NCBI GenBank assembly: GCA_045837725.1
Contig: JBEWZL010000011.1
Location: 124,001 to 188,000 of the forward strand
Direction: 5' to 3'
DNA: 64,000 nt
Source of the DNA: Vermamoeba vermiformis
Taxonomy: Eukaryota
In this document: positions 49,766 through 63,841 of the stretch, one piece after another
Layout of the letters: the number at the start of each line of letters is the position of its first letter
Position numbering within the stretch: position 1 is the stretch's first letter
The notes under the pieces: generated by a model
Databases searched by the model: none
What the model saw: only the letters and a program-made list of their open reading frames with translations
What the model was told of the DNA's origin: nothing
Position numbers and translations under genes: made by a program

Positions 49766-52042
49766 TTAATTGAGAGGTTGATAGCCAGCCTTTCGCTTGC
49801 GGACCACTAAAACAGCCACGACAATGGCGACAATCACGACCACAGCAATTGCAGCGCCAATGATCCACCAGCCATTCACTGAGCAAGACGAGCCCCAGTG
49901 CAGTGAAGGACATTCCGCATCGAGGAACAAAGGCGAGGCTAAATACGCATAATATTATTATCTTTCTATATTTCTAGAGAAAAAGAAATTTCTTTGTTGA
50001 TTTTTTTGGATCGAATCCAAAGGGATGACGCTGAAAGTACTTACCCTTAGGCACTTCATCGTCGAGATAAGTAATAGAGACCTTGTATTGACCAGTAGTG
50101 TTTGCTTTGAAGGCGAAGTGGAACGCGGAGCCAAAGTACGAGACTTCAGGAGTTGCAAACGTCGAGTTGTCGCTATTGGTCACAACAACCTTGAAGTTCT
50201 TTGCCATAGTTGAGTCACCTGTAACTCTGCCGTCGACATCTCTGCCAAGGATCAAGCATTGGAATGCTGTTATACTGATTAGTATCCCTATAATATGTTC
50301 AAAAAGTACACTACTTACGCGCATCCAGGAATGACGACGGAACAGTGCACTTAGCGGAGGTCATATCTAAAGAAAGTTGCGTGGCCATACTATAAATGAA
50401 TTATAATTAGTAACCCTGCTTGAGACAAAGTGACCAGAAGATCTTGGAGTGAAGATCTACCCGCCAGATTCAAACCGCCAGATTCAAAGGACGGTTAACA
50501 CTGCTTACCTAACAGTCCACAATTCATCATAAGTAATTGATATTCCGCTACGTTCGTACTCAGTTCTGCCGCCAAAAACGAAGATTTCATTGCTATCGCT
50601 TCGAACAAGCGAATGACCGAATCGGCCTCTTGGATCTGCACATACAATTGTGAATATCGCTATACTTGTGAGCGATGTACTTCTACTTACTATTAACAGT
50701 TGGGGCTGCGGTCCAGATCAAGCCAGTTTCTGAGTCATTGATGAACTTCCAAGTCGAATTTGGAAATCTCTCGATTTCTCCGAATACCTTTTTCTCGCCA
50801 TCGTAACCACCCCATAAGAAGTATTCTCCACCATCGCTCTACAAAAGTTAATGAGGGCAATCGAGTATGGATGTGGTAAACTTACGAAAGCGGATTTGGA
50901 TCTGGAAAGAGGAGGCAAGCCAGCGAGAATTATAGGAGATACGTAGGTCCAATTTGAAGTCAGAATCCAATTGACCCAGCGCATGGCTTCTCCAGTAGCG
51001 TCAGTACCAGCGTACATCCACACTTTTCCAGTCGACTCTTCCAGGGTCATGGCGTAGTCCTTAGAACCGATTAAATGTTTGACGGAGCCATCTGCGTTCA
51101 TTCGATTCCAAGTCTTGGGCTCAGAAGTCAAGTCCAAGAAGAAGATCTGTTTGTTCGAGGAGATGATAAATTTATCCTCATACACAACAGCTGATAAACC
51201 GGTTTGAAGAAGATCTGCATCGTTATCGTTGTCGAATTTAACAGTTAATTCACTCCAATGACCGCTAGCTGAAAAATTTAAATGTAAGTTTGGATCGCGT
51301 TTTTTATTGTGAACTTACTGAAGTTATAGCACCATGTATCCGTTGTTCTTGCGCCTTTGTCGTTAGTTCCGCCAAATATTAAGAAGCTGTTGATAAACTA
51401 GTTAAAGAAAGAGGTAAAATCAAATCCAGTTGATTTTGTGGTAACCAAAATTTGAAGAAAGATTTACGAACGAATTATATAAATATATATGTATATGTAT
51501 TTACTAACCAATCTCCCCATTGAGCGTAAGCTGAATCAAAGAGCATTCACGGTCCGCGATAATCGCTACGCGAGCAGTTGTCAACCATGTTCCAACTGTT
51601 AGCAGAGTCGTCGTAGTGTTGCAAATCGCAAAACTATAAACAGAACATCAATATAAGTTATTGATAATGTCGATTGTTGTTGCAACAATGAGGTGATTTT
51701 TTGTGATCCGCCGAAATAAACATACCACTCGCAACCCTTTGCTGGTGTCATTGCTCATACCACCGTATATCCAAACACCATTGTAGTAGATCGAAGCCTG
51801 AATTGCAAGCTAATTAGCATTTGTTTCATCTTGGATGTGGCAATGAACTTACGTGCAACTGGCGTGCCGCAGGTGTGCGACCACTAGGCTTCAATAGAGT
51901 CCACGCTAGTAATTAATCGCGTTAATATTGAACTCACTCGATATTTTAGAACCATCTAGAATTGCTTACGAGTTGTGTACGAGCTCAAAGAGAGGCTGGC
52001 TAAGCTGAGACTTAAAATCAATACAATATAACTGTGCGTCAT
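49766..52042 (-). CDS. Type I membrane protein: signal peptide, Kelch repeats, filamin/Ig-like domain, TM, YQPL tail
   Basis: Signal peptide; PAARQLH...VWIYGG, FLIFGG, WMYAG and RFGHS...FVFGG (Kelch); FKANTTGQYKVSITY (filamin-like); TM IIGAAIAVVVIVAIVVAVLVVR; C-terminus AGYQPLN. Confidence 0.7.
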
Positions 52043-52716
52043 GTCTTGTTATGCGATTGTAAGTCACTATGAATGCGCACGAAGCCTCTTTTTAACATGC
52101 GACAAAACGTCACAAGCCACGTGCTGTGTCTCAGATGGAAGTTTTAGGAACCTTTGATATTCGTAAGAATGATTGTATAGGAACCACAATATAAATGGTG
52201 ATCGCGATTCTTCTTGGATAATTCTTATTATCAAGCCCTCCGATAATGAGCTCATCCGATCAGAGTTTAGTGCCCTGCGAGCCTAAAATTATTTAGGTGA
52301 GACAATATATTGCTACTCCATTAGCAGTACTTCAAAAAAAGTATTAAAACAATGACGTAAGAAGCTGTCTTATGTATTAAATAGAAAAAATGAATCTGAT
52401 TACTTGCGATAGTAATAATAAGGAAGTAAAAAAATATGCATAATATAGAAGTAGCACATAAATAATACTTACAAAAATTAAGGATTAGCTCCATAAACTT
52501 GAAAGTTGAGATTCGCTTCCCCAAGAAGACACGTATCAAAGGCATATTTGCGAATACGTTAAGAACGGCTTCATTTGTGTTACGACAAATTACTCAAAAT
52601 CAACAAGACTTTTTTGCGCGCGTATTTTTGATTGATCATATTTTATTAATTTTAGATGAGAAACCACACGACGATCCTAATTATAAAACACGCCGACATT
52701 ATCATACATAATCAGT

Positions 52717-53975
52717 ATGGAATACAATTTCGATATAAACAAATACAACCAGGATCTTTTAGACGAAGAACTTAGCAACACAATCCCACAACAGCCGTAT
52801 GCTTATTACTGCGTATTAGTAAGTCACCGTTTATAATTTTTTTAAATCCCATCATATTATCTAAGATAGGCACCTAATAATTTTGAATCGCGAAAATTTC
52901 TCACGTTTAAATTAGGATTTTGAAGCCAGCTGCATTGAAAATGACAGAACATTTCCGAACGAAATTATAGAATTTCCGATCGTATTAATCGATGGAAAAA
53001 CTGGCAATGTCGTTTCAGAGTTTCAGCAATACGTAAAACCGACAGTGAATCCAATACTCGATCCGTTTTGCACAAAACTGACTGGCATCACTCAAGTAAG
53101 CACAAAATATATTTAATTTGCACAATATGCGATAATAATCTTTCAATCCAAAGGAACAAGTAGACCAAGGAGTAGATCTTGTTGAAACATTAGAACGAGT
53201 TCACCAATGGATTATGGACAACGAATTGATAGAAAAGAACGGAATAGAAAAATTTGCCTTCGTGACTGACGGGTATGCAGCTAAATTATTAAACTCCTCG
53301 TTGATTTAAGAGATCTGTCGTTGTTGGTATTAACACGGATATTTTTTAAGGCCTTGGGACTTGCGCGAATTTTTAGACAAAGAGTGCACGCGAAAGAACA
53401 TTAAAAGGAAGTCATATTTTGACAAATGGGTCAATATTCGTTGGCTGTTCGCCGAATTCTTTTACTGCAGCAGATGTGGTGTCAACAAAATGCTTTCCAA
53501 ATTAGGGTTACAGTTTGAAGGTAACTATTTTTATTCCCCCTTTGCACTGAATACAATATTCTCAGTAAAGCGAACTAGATCTATTTCGTTACAAGTACAG
53601 ATCTTCAAAATAAGTTTTGAGTTAAAAGGCATTAACCACGTAATAATTTTTATTATAGGCAGGCCTCACAGTGGCTTAGACGATGCACGAAATATCGCAC
53701 GTATCGCAGTGGCCATGATGCAGAAAGGCTGTATTTTGAAGGTGAACGACAGCATCGCCAATCCCATCGATAATAACAAGGTGTACGGCGTCACTCCGCG
53801 CAAATCAAAAACGAACAACAGCGATAAGAAAGGCGACGAGAAGAGTAACGACAAACAAAACGCGCATTCGAACGAAGGCAAAACGAGAAGAAAAGACAGA
53901 ACAGAGAATAATAATAATAATAATAATACTAACCAGCATAGTCAATCCAATAACAATAATTCGTCGAATAAATAA
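52717..53975 (+). CDS. ERI1-like DEDDh 3'-5' exoribonuclease
   Basis: VLDFEASC, EIIEFP, YVKP, FCTKLTGITQ, FVTDGPWD, GLQFEGRPHSGLDDARNIARI; Asn-rich tail. Confidence 0.9.
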
Positions 53976-54244
53976 TGACTTTTAACCTAGCTAGGTTGCG
54001 AGCAAGGGCGTCTTTGACTTTTCTGGCATTAACTCATGTTTCCGTTTAAGTTCTAGCAGAATTAACCATCCTCTCCATATCTCCATGACATTTAGTAGTG
54101 CGGAAAAAGGATTGGTGCGTCTTCTCGAATTGTTCCTGTTGGCGCACAAAAATCATCGAAATCTGAAGTTTTATCATTCTACTTTTCTGGGCACGCATCA
54201 ATACACCAATGCAACAAATATAAGCACGTGCATAAAGAATAGCA

Positions 54245-57210
54245 ATGAGCGATACGCGTGGCAGTGCTTTCACGCATCAGATTAGCCCTGAACCTGCAGC
54301 CGTGCTTGGGCTATTCTTTATACTGCTGACGATATTATGCTTCTTATTATTGTCACGCGTGAAGAATAAGCACCCGCTGCGAGTCAAATTATTGTATATA
54401 GGACTATTGACTGCGATCATCCGTAAGTAGATCGAGCAGATCTCGCTATTTTCCACCATTAAATTTCTTGGTATCATTTAATAAATTCTTGGCAATATAC
54501 AAACGATAAAAAGGCGTATTTAACGATAATTTTGCGATTATAAATATTGAATTAATTTAAAATTAATTCCGACATTCGTAGGATAAATTTAATATCTGCA
54601 ATACTATCTACGCGATCAATTATCGATTCTCTGACGCGTTAAAAACTCGTACAATTTATTATTTCAACTGTAGATTTTTCAGGATCAAAACGAGATCAGA
54701 TCCAGATCTAACTGATTTGTTTAGTTCGCACGACATTTTTTATATCAGCAGTGCTAGCTGGTGCATTATTCGAAGAAGGATTAGTTGCTGAAGAAGTATT
54801 TTACGTGCTTTGGGCCATGCCACACTTTATTTTCTTCCTGATCTTCACTTCGGTCGTTTATTTCACGTAAGTCCTTCAAATATTATTAATTATAATATGT
54901 ATTATATATACCTTACATATACTATTTTTAGCGTCGATGTATTTACAATATCCCACGACTACTTCTTTTTTTCGAACTTGCGCAATCGCAAGATCTTCTT
55001 CTCAGGCGAGATTGTCCTAGTCTCCCTATTCTTAATAACGCAAGTCATATTGTTCTTCGTGCCCGCCAATCGCGACATTGAATTCTGGATCAAAACCTCG
55101 CTGTATGGCTTCGGGATCATGCAAGTCGTGTTGGTGCTGCTGTGCTTGGTATTCTTCGTCGGGCTTAAAATAGGCTTGCATTATCAAGGCAGAAAATGGC
55201 TCAAAACACGCGCTAAATTCAGACAGGTACGTTTACGATTAATTAATACAAAAAAGCTGTTACCAGTACTGGATCGACCCTAAAACTTTTAGATACCGAT
55301 CAAACGCATTATAATGCCGTAATATTATGCTATTATCTTCGTAATAATGATATGCATGATTCTCAGGCTAACAGATTTGTTTTTTTGCAGTTGTACGTGA
55401 CCTGCATGTTTTGGTGGTTCGGCATGGCGCTACGAGGATTTTCAACCGTGATTTCGACGGCATTGTAAGTATTACAGTAGTGCATATACAATGATGCCTT
55501 CGATAGCTGCTGCAAGCCCGGCTGTACGAAGCGAAGATCCGGCGTCCGGGAAATTCCATTTTATTCAATTAGATTTCAAATTGGCAATCTTTTATCACCT
55601 TCCCCGACATTTCATACATTGCTGGCATCCAATGTGACTTACTTTTGATCACAGCTCGTGGGAGCTATTGTTCTCACCGACGGCTGATTGGCTGTACTGG
55701 CTCCTGCTCGGCATCGTGTACTTGATCAGCGAATGGTTCCCGCTGTTGTTGCTGCTCGACAACACGCTACTGATGATCGTCACGACGTACACAATGGCCT
55801 TTGCGTTGGAACAACAAGCGGAGGTAATTCAATCACTTACGGTCTCGTCGAAATTTCATATGCTCCTTTTGCAAGTGTCAGTTTATATTTAACGGCTATT
55901 CAATAGGAAGATAAAGAACGGGAACATTTATTGGCCGGTATCGAACAAAAAATGACACGTGTCATCAAAAGAAGGTAGGCGCTATTTTTGACACAATTGA
56001 GTCGGAGTTATCGGCTAACCTGTGCCACTATAGTAATCTGTATATAAGTCGCTCGGAGAAACTCGGTGAAGGTGCATTTGGTGTGGTATACAAAGGAAAG
56101 TACGACGGTAAACCTGTCGCTGTCAAGATCATCAAAAATGCAGATGTGGAACTGGCATTCATTGAGGAGTTCGGAAAAGAGGTCGAAGCATTAGCGTAAG
56201 TTTCGCATGTGTTTCAGAAATAGTGTTAGATCACAACGTAGTTAATTCACACGTGTGAGCAGATCCGTGTCACATCCGAACATCGTCAAGTTTATCGGCG
56301 CCTGTTTGGAACTGCCTCACATTGCAATTATCACCGAATATGTGCACCCGGGATCACTCCGAAAGATACTTGACAACGAGCTAATCGACATAGCGGAAGA
56401 TAACATTTTGAAGGTTCGAGCCCGGCTATTCGTCCCCTCATTTGTCCCATTCCTTATTAACGGTTCTATTTTAGATGGCCATAGATATTTGCAAGGCAAT
56501 GATTTATTTGCACGAGAAAGGATTTGTGCATCGAGATTTGAAGACAGATAATTTGCTCGTTGATGAAGATTGGAACGTTAAAGTGACTGATTTTGGCTTG
56601 GCGAGGTTTATAAATGAGCGAAAGCACTCGACCAACATTGCTAAGACTAACAATATCGGCACTGTAGCCTGGGCGGCACCTGAGGGTAACTCCGGATATT
56701 ATTCGTTATTTTCCCTAATATAGTAATAATTTAACTTTAACGAATTAGCGTTGCGGTTGGGCTTGCGTGACTACACGTACAAAGTTGACATCTATAGCTT
56801 CGGTATCGTGCTGTGGGAGATAATAACTCGAAACACGCCTTACAGGTAAGTGTCTTTTAAACTTTGGAAAAATTTAACCGCGATCCAATTTTAGGGGCAT
56901 TGAAAACGTGAAACAGTATGTAATGAACGGGGGCAGGCCGCAGATACCAATCTATATGCCTAAGTTCTACACGATGCTGCTAAAGAAATGCTGGTTGAGC
57001 AACCCAGATCTGCGACCTGATTTTAAGTCATTGTTGAAGGAACTTGAAACGTACAAAAAAGGGCGGCGGGAGCCGTTCGGAGATAGAAATGTACCTGAAG
57101 TTGATGCTTCTGAGCTGCCTAGCCCTAAATTGATTACGAACAAGAACAGAGACGAAGTTGTGGTCGATCTAGACGAAAGCGAGATCAAGGAGCGTTACTG
57201 GTCGTTGTAA
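54245..57210 (+). CDS. Multi-pass (about 7 TM) membrane domain fused to a TKL protein kinase
   Basis: Series of hydrophobic helices over 54245-55820, then [45 protein letters not shown] and [11 protein letters not shown]. Confidence 0.8.
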
Positions 57211-57491
57211 ATTTTGATAAATTGTAAATAGCTTTACTGGAGATAAATTTGCCGATATCGTATGATTGTATCGCGACAGGTCCAAAAATAGCAACCGAGA
57301 CGAGATTTCAGGGAGATACACGAACTTTTTTTCTAACGGCTTGGAGGTAAAATTTCCGAGGATAAGTTCGATGTGACCGGCTATCATGTCCATGTGTTTT
57401 GTGACCAAATCATTTTATTTTATACTTTGGCCTGTCGACAGCAACACAAGCGCACATTGTTGTTATTGTTATTCTTCTTCAGGTTTGAACC

Positions 57492-60400
57492 ATGTTTCGG
57501 ACTTTACTTGCTTGTGCGCTCTTAATATGGCTGTGCAATATAAATATTGAATGTACACAGATCGTATTCGGTCAGAGCGCTGCATTCACTGGCGTATCGA
57601 GCCAATTGGGTCTTGACATGCGAGAGGTGCGTCTGTCAATTTAATTAACTTTAAAAGTTTTATTTTCTAATATGTCAATCAAATAGGGAATTATGGCTGC
57701 CTTCAAAGAGATAAATGACGTCGGAGGCATTAAAGGCAATTATACGTTTGATTTGATTGCTTATGACGACCAATACGAGCCATCCAATGCAACGACGAAC
57801 ACACTCCGCTTAATTTCTGATGACAATGTTTTTGGTCTTGTAGGATACGTCGGAACACCCACTTCACTTGGTAGGCATCGTATTCATTATATGTTTCAAA
57901 AGCTATCGATGGTTTTTCAAGGATTGTAGATCCTATTTTATGTGTGATCCCAATGTCACATTTTGCTAACCGGTCCCATTTTGTAGCGGCTCTTAGCGTA
58001 AGGAATGGAATCGATAAAAATATTCCGTTCGTGGCCCCTTTGACTGGCTCAAAAGGCTTGCGTTTGCCCGTAGATCAAACTATAATCAACACCAGATCTT
58101 CGTATCTCGACGAAACCGCAGCAATGGTTGACTACCTTGTCAACGAGCGCTTCATTTCGCGCATCTCAATCATGTATCAGAATGATTCATTTGGCGCAGC
58201 TGGTAAGAAACGGCAATAATAACGAAGATCACAGTAATGAAATCGACCTTTTGTCGAATTTCTGATTTAATGCTTGAATTTAGGTTATCAAGGATTGACT
58301 GTTGCTATGGCTGCCGTTGGATTGAAACTTGAGAGCGAAGGAACATACCCAAGAAATACCGAAGACGTGGAAGACGCCTACAGCAGTATTTTTACTAAAG
58401 ATCCGCAAGCTATTGTAATGATTGGCACTTATGCAGTAAGTAATTCCTTACCTAAGCTAAAGATGGGAATTTTAAATTCAAAATTTTCAGCCTCTCGCCA
58501 AATTCGTTAGTATGGCAAAAGCTCAAAATAGCTCAATAGTCTTCTTGACTGTCTCTTTCGTTGGTGCTGAAGTCTTTGTTCAAGAGTTGCTTGCCAGGTA
58601 CGCATATATGAATTTAATTTTTAATTGTTTTTTTCCTAATTTGGTATATCAAACAGAGGAGTTGATTTAGGCGACATCTTCGTCACTGAGGTCTTGCCGC
58701 TTTACGCCGGTACTTCGCCATACTTAATCAAAGAATATCAAAATGCGCTCAAGGCTTACAACCCCAACTCCGCCGTCTCGTCCGTTTCCTTTGAAGGTCC
58801 GTAGTAAACTCATTTAAATTAATTAATTATGACTAACGACGCATGTTTCTTATAGGTTATATTGCCGGTCGTTTCGTTATTGAAATTGTCCGTCAAGCTT
58901 ATCCTGACGTTTCGCGCGAGAATTTCTTGAACGTTGTGTACACCAGCCAATATTTTACCTTGTCTGGTTTACTGCTAGGCCCTTATTCGTCGAAATGCAC
59001 GCAAGGCATGCGTTCAGTATCGTTGCTTCGAATGAACGCGACTGGATCTCTTTCAGCTGTTCCTGGCGTAACCTACTCTTGGACCTCGTGCATGTCTTCT
59101 GACGGAACAATTATTTCTCCCATCGTATTCGGCCAATCAGCTCCTTTAGAAGGCACTGTTCGAGAACTCGGCATTGGAATGCGACAAGGAATTCTTGCTT
59201 CATTCGCTGCCCGCAACAGACTTGGTGGCATTCGTAACAGAAAGTTGGTGCTCATCTCTCGTGACGATGGATACGAGCCAGCAAATGCCGTCGTCAACGC
59301 AAAGTATTTAATCAGCGAACAAAACGTTTTTGCCCTCGTCGGATCCGTTGGAACTCCTACCACTTCAGCCGTCCTGCCAGTTATCGAAGAGGAGAGTACT
59401 CCATTAGTCGGTAAGTCAAATGTGCATCTTTATCATTTTAGTTTCAAAAATATTAAAGTTTGTGAATTTTCAGGAGCATTGACTGGTGCGAAGATCTTCC
59501 GTAATCCGTGCAACCGTAACATTGTTAACGTCCGCGCCTCGTACATTGACGAAGTTGCGGCCATGACACGACATTTCATTGACAATCTCGGCCTTCAACG
59601 CATTTCGATTTTATACCAGAACGACGCCTTCGGCAAGGCAGGCTTAGAAGGTTTGGAATTGGCGCTCGGAAACAGATCTATGTCAATTGAAAGTGAAGGC
59701 ACTTACGAACGAAACACATTCGATTTATCCGCTGGTCTTGCATCGATTCAACTGGGCAATCCCGATGTCATAATCATGGTTGGTACTTACGGTCAGCTGG
59801 CCCAGTTCGTGCAAATGGCTGATAACTGGCGCTCTGGACTCGTGTACGGCACCGTCTCTTTTGTCGACTCTGAAGCCTTCGCCAATGCATTGCGATCAGC
59901 CGGCGTGACCAACGAGAACATCTACGTGACGCAAGTCGTGCCAGATCCAGAAGACAGCACTGATCAGCTTGTCGCCTTGTACCAAAATGCCTTGCTTGAC
60001 TTCGATCCGAGTGCTACTTTTGGCTTTGTTTCATTGGAAGGTTATGTCGTCGGAGAATTCTTGATCAAAGTACTCGACAGCATTGACAACACATTGGATA
60101 TTACGCGCCAGTCATTCCTCGACACGGTGTTCAGTCAAGCCGTGTTCAAGGTTGGAGGGCTGTCGATTGGTCCATTCAGCGGTACTGAAGAGAACTGCAC
60201 GTGCAACCAAGGTCTCCACCGAGTGATCACTACACGCATCTTCCCTTCGTCTAACTTCTCCATCTCTGACGTGCCTGAGAACGACTTCCGCTTCGACACT
60301 TGTGGTGTCAACTACCCTCGTACGTAGCTTTTGTTGAAATGAAATTTCTCATCCTAATGTTACTTTTCAGAGGCATTCATCCCTGTCAGTTTGGCTGTGC

Positions 60401-61665
60401 GTGCTGGCATTATCACTGCATCGTCAGCTTGCGTGGCACTCGTCCTCGCGTTCATTGTGTTGACGCTTTACTTCCGCGAATCAAAGACCATCAAGCACTC
60501 TTCTCTGGTCTTCAGCTTGCTCACTTTAGTCGGTGCTGGTCTGATGATGTTCAGTCCCATCTTCATCGTGCTCGAATCACCTCAGTGCATGCCTTGGATG
60601 TGGTTCTTCGGCGTGGGTTTCGTGCTGTTCTTCGGGTAAGTGAATACGTCTTGCGATGAATATGCTTGAAAACTAACCTGATTGGCAGATCTATGGCAGT
60701 AAAGAGCTACCGTATTGATCGTATCTTCAACTGGCACCGTAAGAAGTTGACCAAGATTAAGCCAATCGGTGACAGCCAGCTCATGGTAATTGTGTCTATT
60801 CTGCTTGGCCTTGAAGTCGTAAGTCATCTGATGGGCACCACTAGCATTTCTAACGATACTAGGCCTTGCTTATTGTATGGCAAATCGTTGGTCGCCTTCG
60901 AGCTCTTCAATTCGAAGGCATTTCAGATTCAATCTTCGGTTGCTATTCCGATGACGCGTTCCCCTTTATCATCACTCAAATCGTCTACTTTGGTGTTGTG
61001 TTCTTAGTCGGCTGTTTCTTTGCCTTCAGAACGAGAAACGTCAACATTGGCTCGTACAAAGAGACCAAGGAAATCTTCTTTTCAGTAAGTGATCTCGCCA
61101 CAGTTCTATCCAAGTACTGTTTCATTAACGTGCTTCGCAGGTCTATAATATGACGCTCCTGTTCATTATTATCATGCCTCTTGTCGGTCTTATTGGTGTC
61201 AACCACACTGAAATCGCTGCTATTATCACTTCCATTGGGCTGTTGTTTGCCGTTGTGGTCTCGATCTTGTGCCTCTTCGTGCTCAAGTTCTACCGTATCA
61301 TCAACAGAAGAGAGAAGCTTAGCTACTCGTCCACAACCACCTCGGGCGCTCCTGGCAACTATCGTGGTTCGTCTTACGTGTCAAACAACGAATCTGCCAA
61401 CAAATCCAGATCTTCGTACGTGGAACACAGCAAGAAGGAAGAAAAAGGACATACAGAAAAATCGCAAAAATCACAAAAATCAGAGTCTTCTTCATCAAGC
61501 GAGGAACCATCTGATCAGAAAGGCAAGGATCTTCCGTTAGTCGTGAACAAAAGCACGGATTTGCTCTTACCTCCTGCCAATAATAACTTGGGAGACTCGC
61601 AAGTTTTGTCCGATTCTCCATCGAGCCCAGATGATAAAGAGGCGTCGGACTCAGAACAAAACTAA
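57492..61665 (+). CDS. Class C (family 3) GPCR-like protein with two tandem periplasmic-binding (Venus flytrap) domains
   Basis: Signal peptide; two repeats of IVFGQSA..G...LG..MR.G...DD.YEP...VGTPT...YQND.FG..G...S.EGY. 7TM region with KSYRIDRIF and FAFRTRNV...YKETKEIFFSVYN (7tm_3-like). Confidence 0.85.
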
Positions 61666-61926
61666 GCTCGCCAGATCGAGAAATTGTAAATAGATTCAAC
61701 CTCGTGTACTTTTAGCTGTTAGTTTAACCATATTAACCCCGCGGATTTATAAAATAAAATAGAAAGATATATTGAACAAGTGTGGGCTTCGTCAATACAA
61801 AATAAAGAATTTTGGCGCCAAGCTGCGGAGATTTTTTGAAGCCAAGAACACTTACCCTGGTGGACTCAGGTTATTGCTACGGCATTTAGTTTTAGAATAC
61901 CGATACTAACAAGCACTAATAACAAG

Positions 61927-62518
61927 ATGTCGCAGAAAAACACAGGCGCAGCTTCAAACGCCCAAGCCGCCAAGGTACCGAATAGTGTTAATAATTAATA
62001 ATAGTACCAAGAGACGCCGCGCCTTAACACAATATTATATTAATTAATTTGCATTTAGGCGATGCTGCAAGCGCATAAAAAGGAGATGCTGACGAAAGCT
62101 CGATTAATAATCCCTGACATGCAATTGTGCACCGATCCCCATTGCAGATACTGCACTGTGGATTCATACCCTCCAATAGGTAATTATTTCAAATTAAATA
62201 AGAATTTTTTTTTGAGGATTTGTCTTCATCCATTCTAACAACCGGTTGTTAGTGCCGTGCACCGTTTGCGAAGCCAAAAAAAGTTGCAAAATAGTAACGA
62301 CAATTCATTCTGATCCCGAAACAAAGCTTATTCACGAGTACTACGCACCTGTTTGTGGATCCGCCTGTGCCGCTCAATTTTCTAAAGATGAAGAAGAGGA
62401 ATTCGATCGAAAAATGACCGCCGTGTTGGAAAGCAGAGGGTACAAAACTCAACAAGATACAAATGGTTTCTGGACAATTTCAAATGTACGTGCTCGATTT
62501 TCTAAAACCGATCGCTGA
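61927..62518 (+). CDS. Small Cys-rich (Zn-finger-like) hypothetical protein
   Basis: Three exons; CTDPHCRYC and CTVC...VCGSAC motifs. Confidence 0.55.
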
Positions 62519-62539
62519 CAACTTTAGAACGATCACCCA

Positions 62540-63841
62540 ATGTTCGTAAATGTTAAAGAGACTTCAGCGGAGCCTAGCTTACTTTCCAAGGCCTGGAACA
62601 GCAGGAATTCTTGTCAGTTGAACCTCACTTGCGTGGACATGCTGATCCACGACTCGCCAACCCTCACCGAACCAAGGTGCGTTACTTCTGATGCCGCGAT
62701 ACGTGTTTACTAACAAATATCAATGCACAGCAAGGTGTTGTTCCACATGAGCGACGCCACACGCCTGTTCTTTGAAGAGATGAATCAGCATCCCATTCCT
62801 TCGAACTGGAAGGTCGAGTACCCTGGTGTTGTGGCTACGGGCCATTACTTTATCTCAGGTGATTTCAAGCTTGAAGACGGCTCTGTTGAGCGCGTCGTGT
62901 TGAAGCTGCCAGAGCACGAGGGCTGTAAGTCGCTTGATTCTCAGTGTCGGGTTAAGAATTAATTGTCGTTCAGTCACTGCTTGGTATGCTTACGACAAAA
63001 TTGCAAAGACGTATTGGCAGAAAGTCACTCGTCGACAAGAGAACCAAAATATTGTCGCGTTGCTGCTGCCTCTCGTCGCGTTGGGTGTTCATTACAAATT
63101 GCCCGAACTCATCTTCTTTGGCATGCTGGTACGTTCTAAACCGTTTATCTAAGTGCACATGTGAATTAATACACGTTAATCTAGCTCAAGAAGTACCTGC
63201 TGAAACAAAAGTACAAGAACTTCAAGCTGGCTGCAGCCTGTATCAAGCACTGTTTGCTTCTGATGAGCGCACACAAAAACATCGACCTTGACGTGGTATC
63301 GGGAGTACTTGGCGTTGTGCTTCAAATGGGCACTTTGTTGGGCTCGTGCAACGAATTCGAACTGTTGTGCGATGAGTACAGTGAGGCCATTGAGTGGGCT
63401 GAAGCTAACAACGGCACTGCCTCTGATCAATATGCTAGCGTGTTGAACAGCTTGGGTCTCGCATATAAGACTACGAGACAGTACGACAAAGCGAGGAAGA
63501 GTTACAACAAGGCGCTGTCTCTTACCACGGATCAACGAAAAATTGCCCTCATGCAAAGAAACATTCATTTACTTAACGACGCCGAAAAAACTTCAAAGTT
63601 GTTGATAAGAGAAGCCGAGGAGCACTTGCAAAAGGATCGCATCAAGCAAATCGAAGGACACCAACGAGATGCGGGTGTTTTGAAAAAAGAAATTAATGTT
63701 GATTCTTGTGCGGCTTGCCACAAGACAGGAAAAGACTTCAAGATTTGCGCTGGTTGCAAACGCGTGCATTACTGCGATAAAGAATGTCAAAAGGCACACT
63801 GGCCAGAACACAAATCCCTTTGTAAAATCGCCAAGAAATAA
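62540..63841 (+). CDS. TPR + MYND zinc finger protein
   Basis: ASVLNSLGLAYKTTRQYDKARKSYNKALSL (TPR); CAAC...CAGCKRVHYCDKECQKAHWPEHKSLC (MYND). Confidence 0.85.

Noticed and set aside
50462-50490. Direct repeat CCGCCAGATTCAAA x2
   Set aside because: A 14-bp local duplication in an intron, with no element between the copies.
53905-53932. (AAT)n microsatellite
   Set aside because: Encodes an ordinary poly-Asn tail of the ERI1-like protein.
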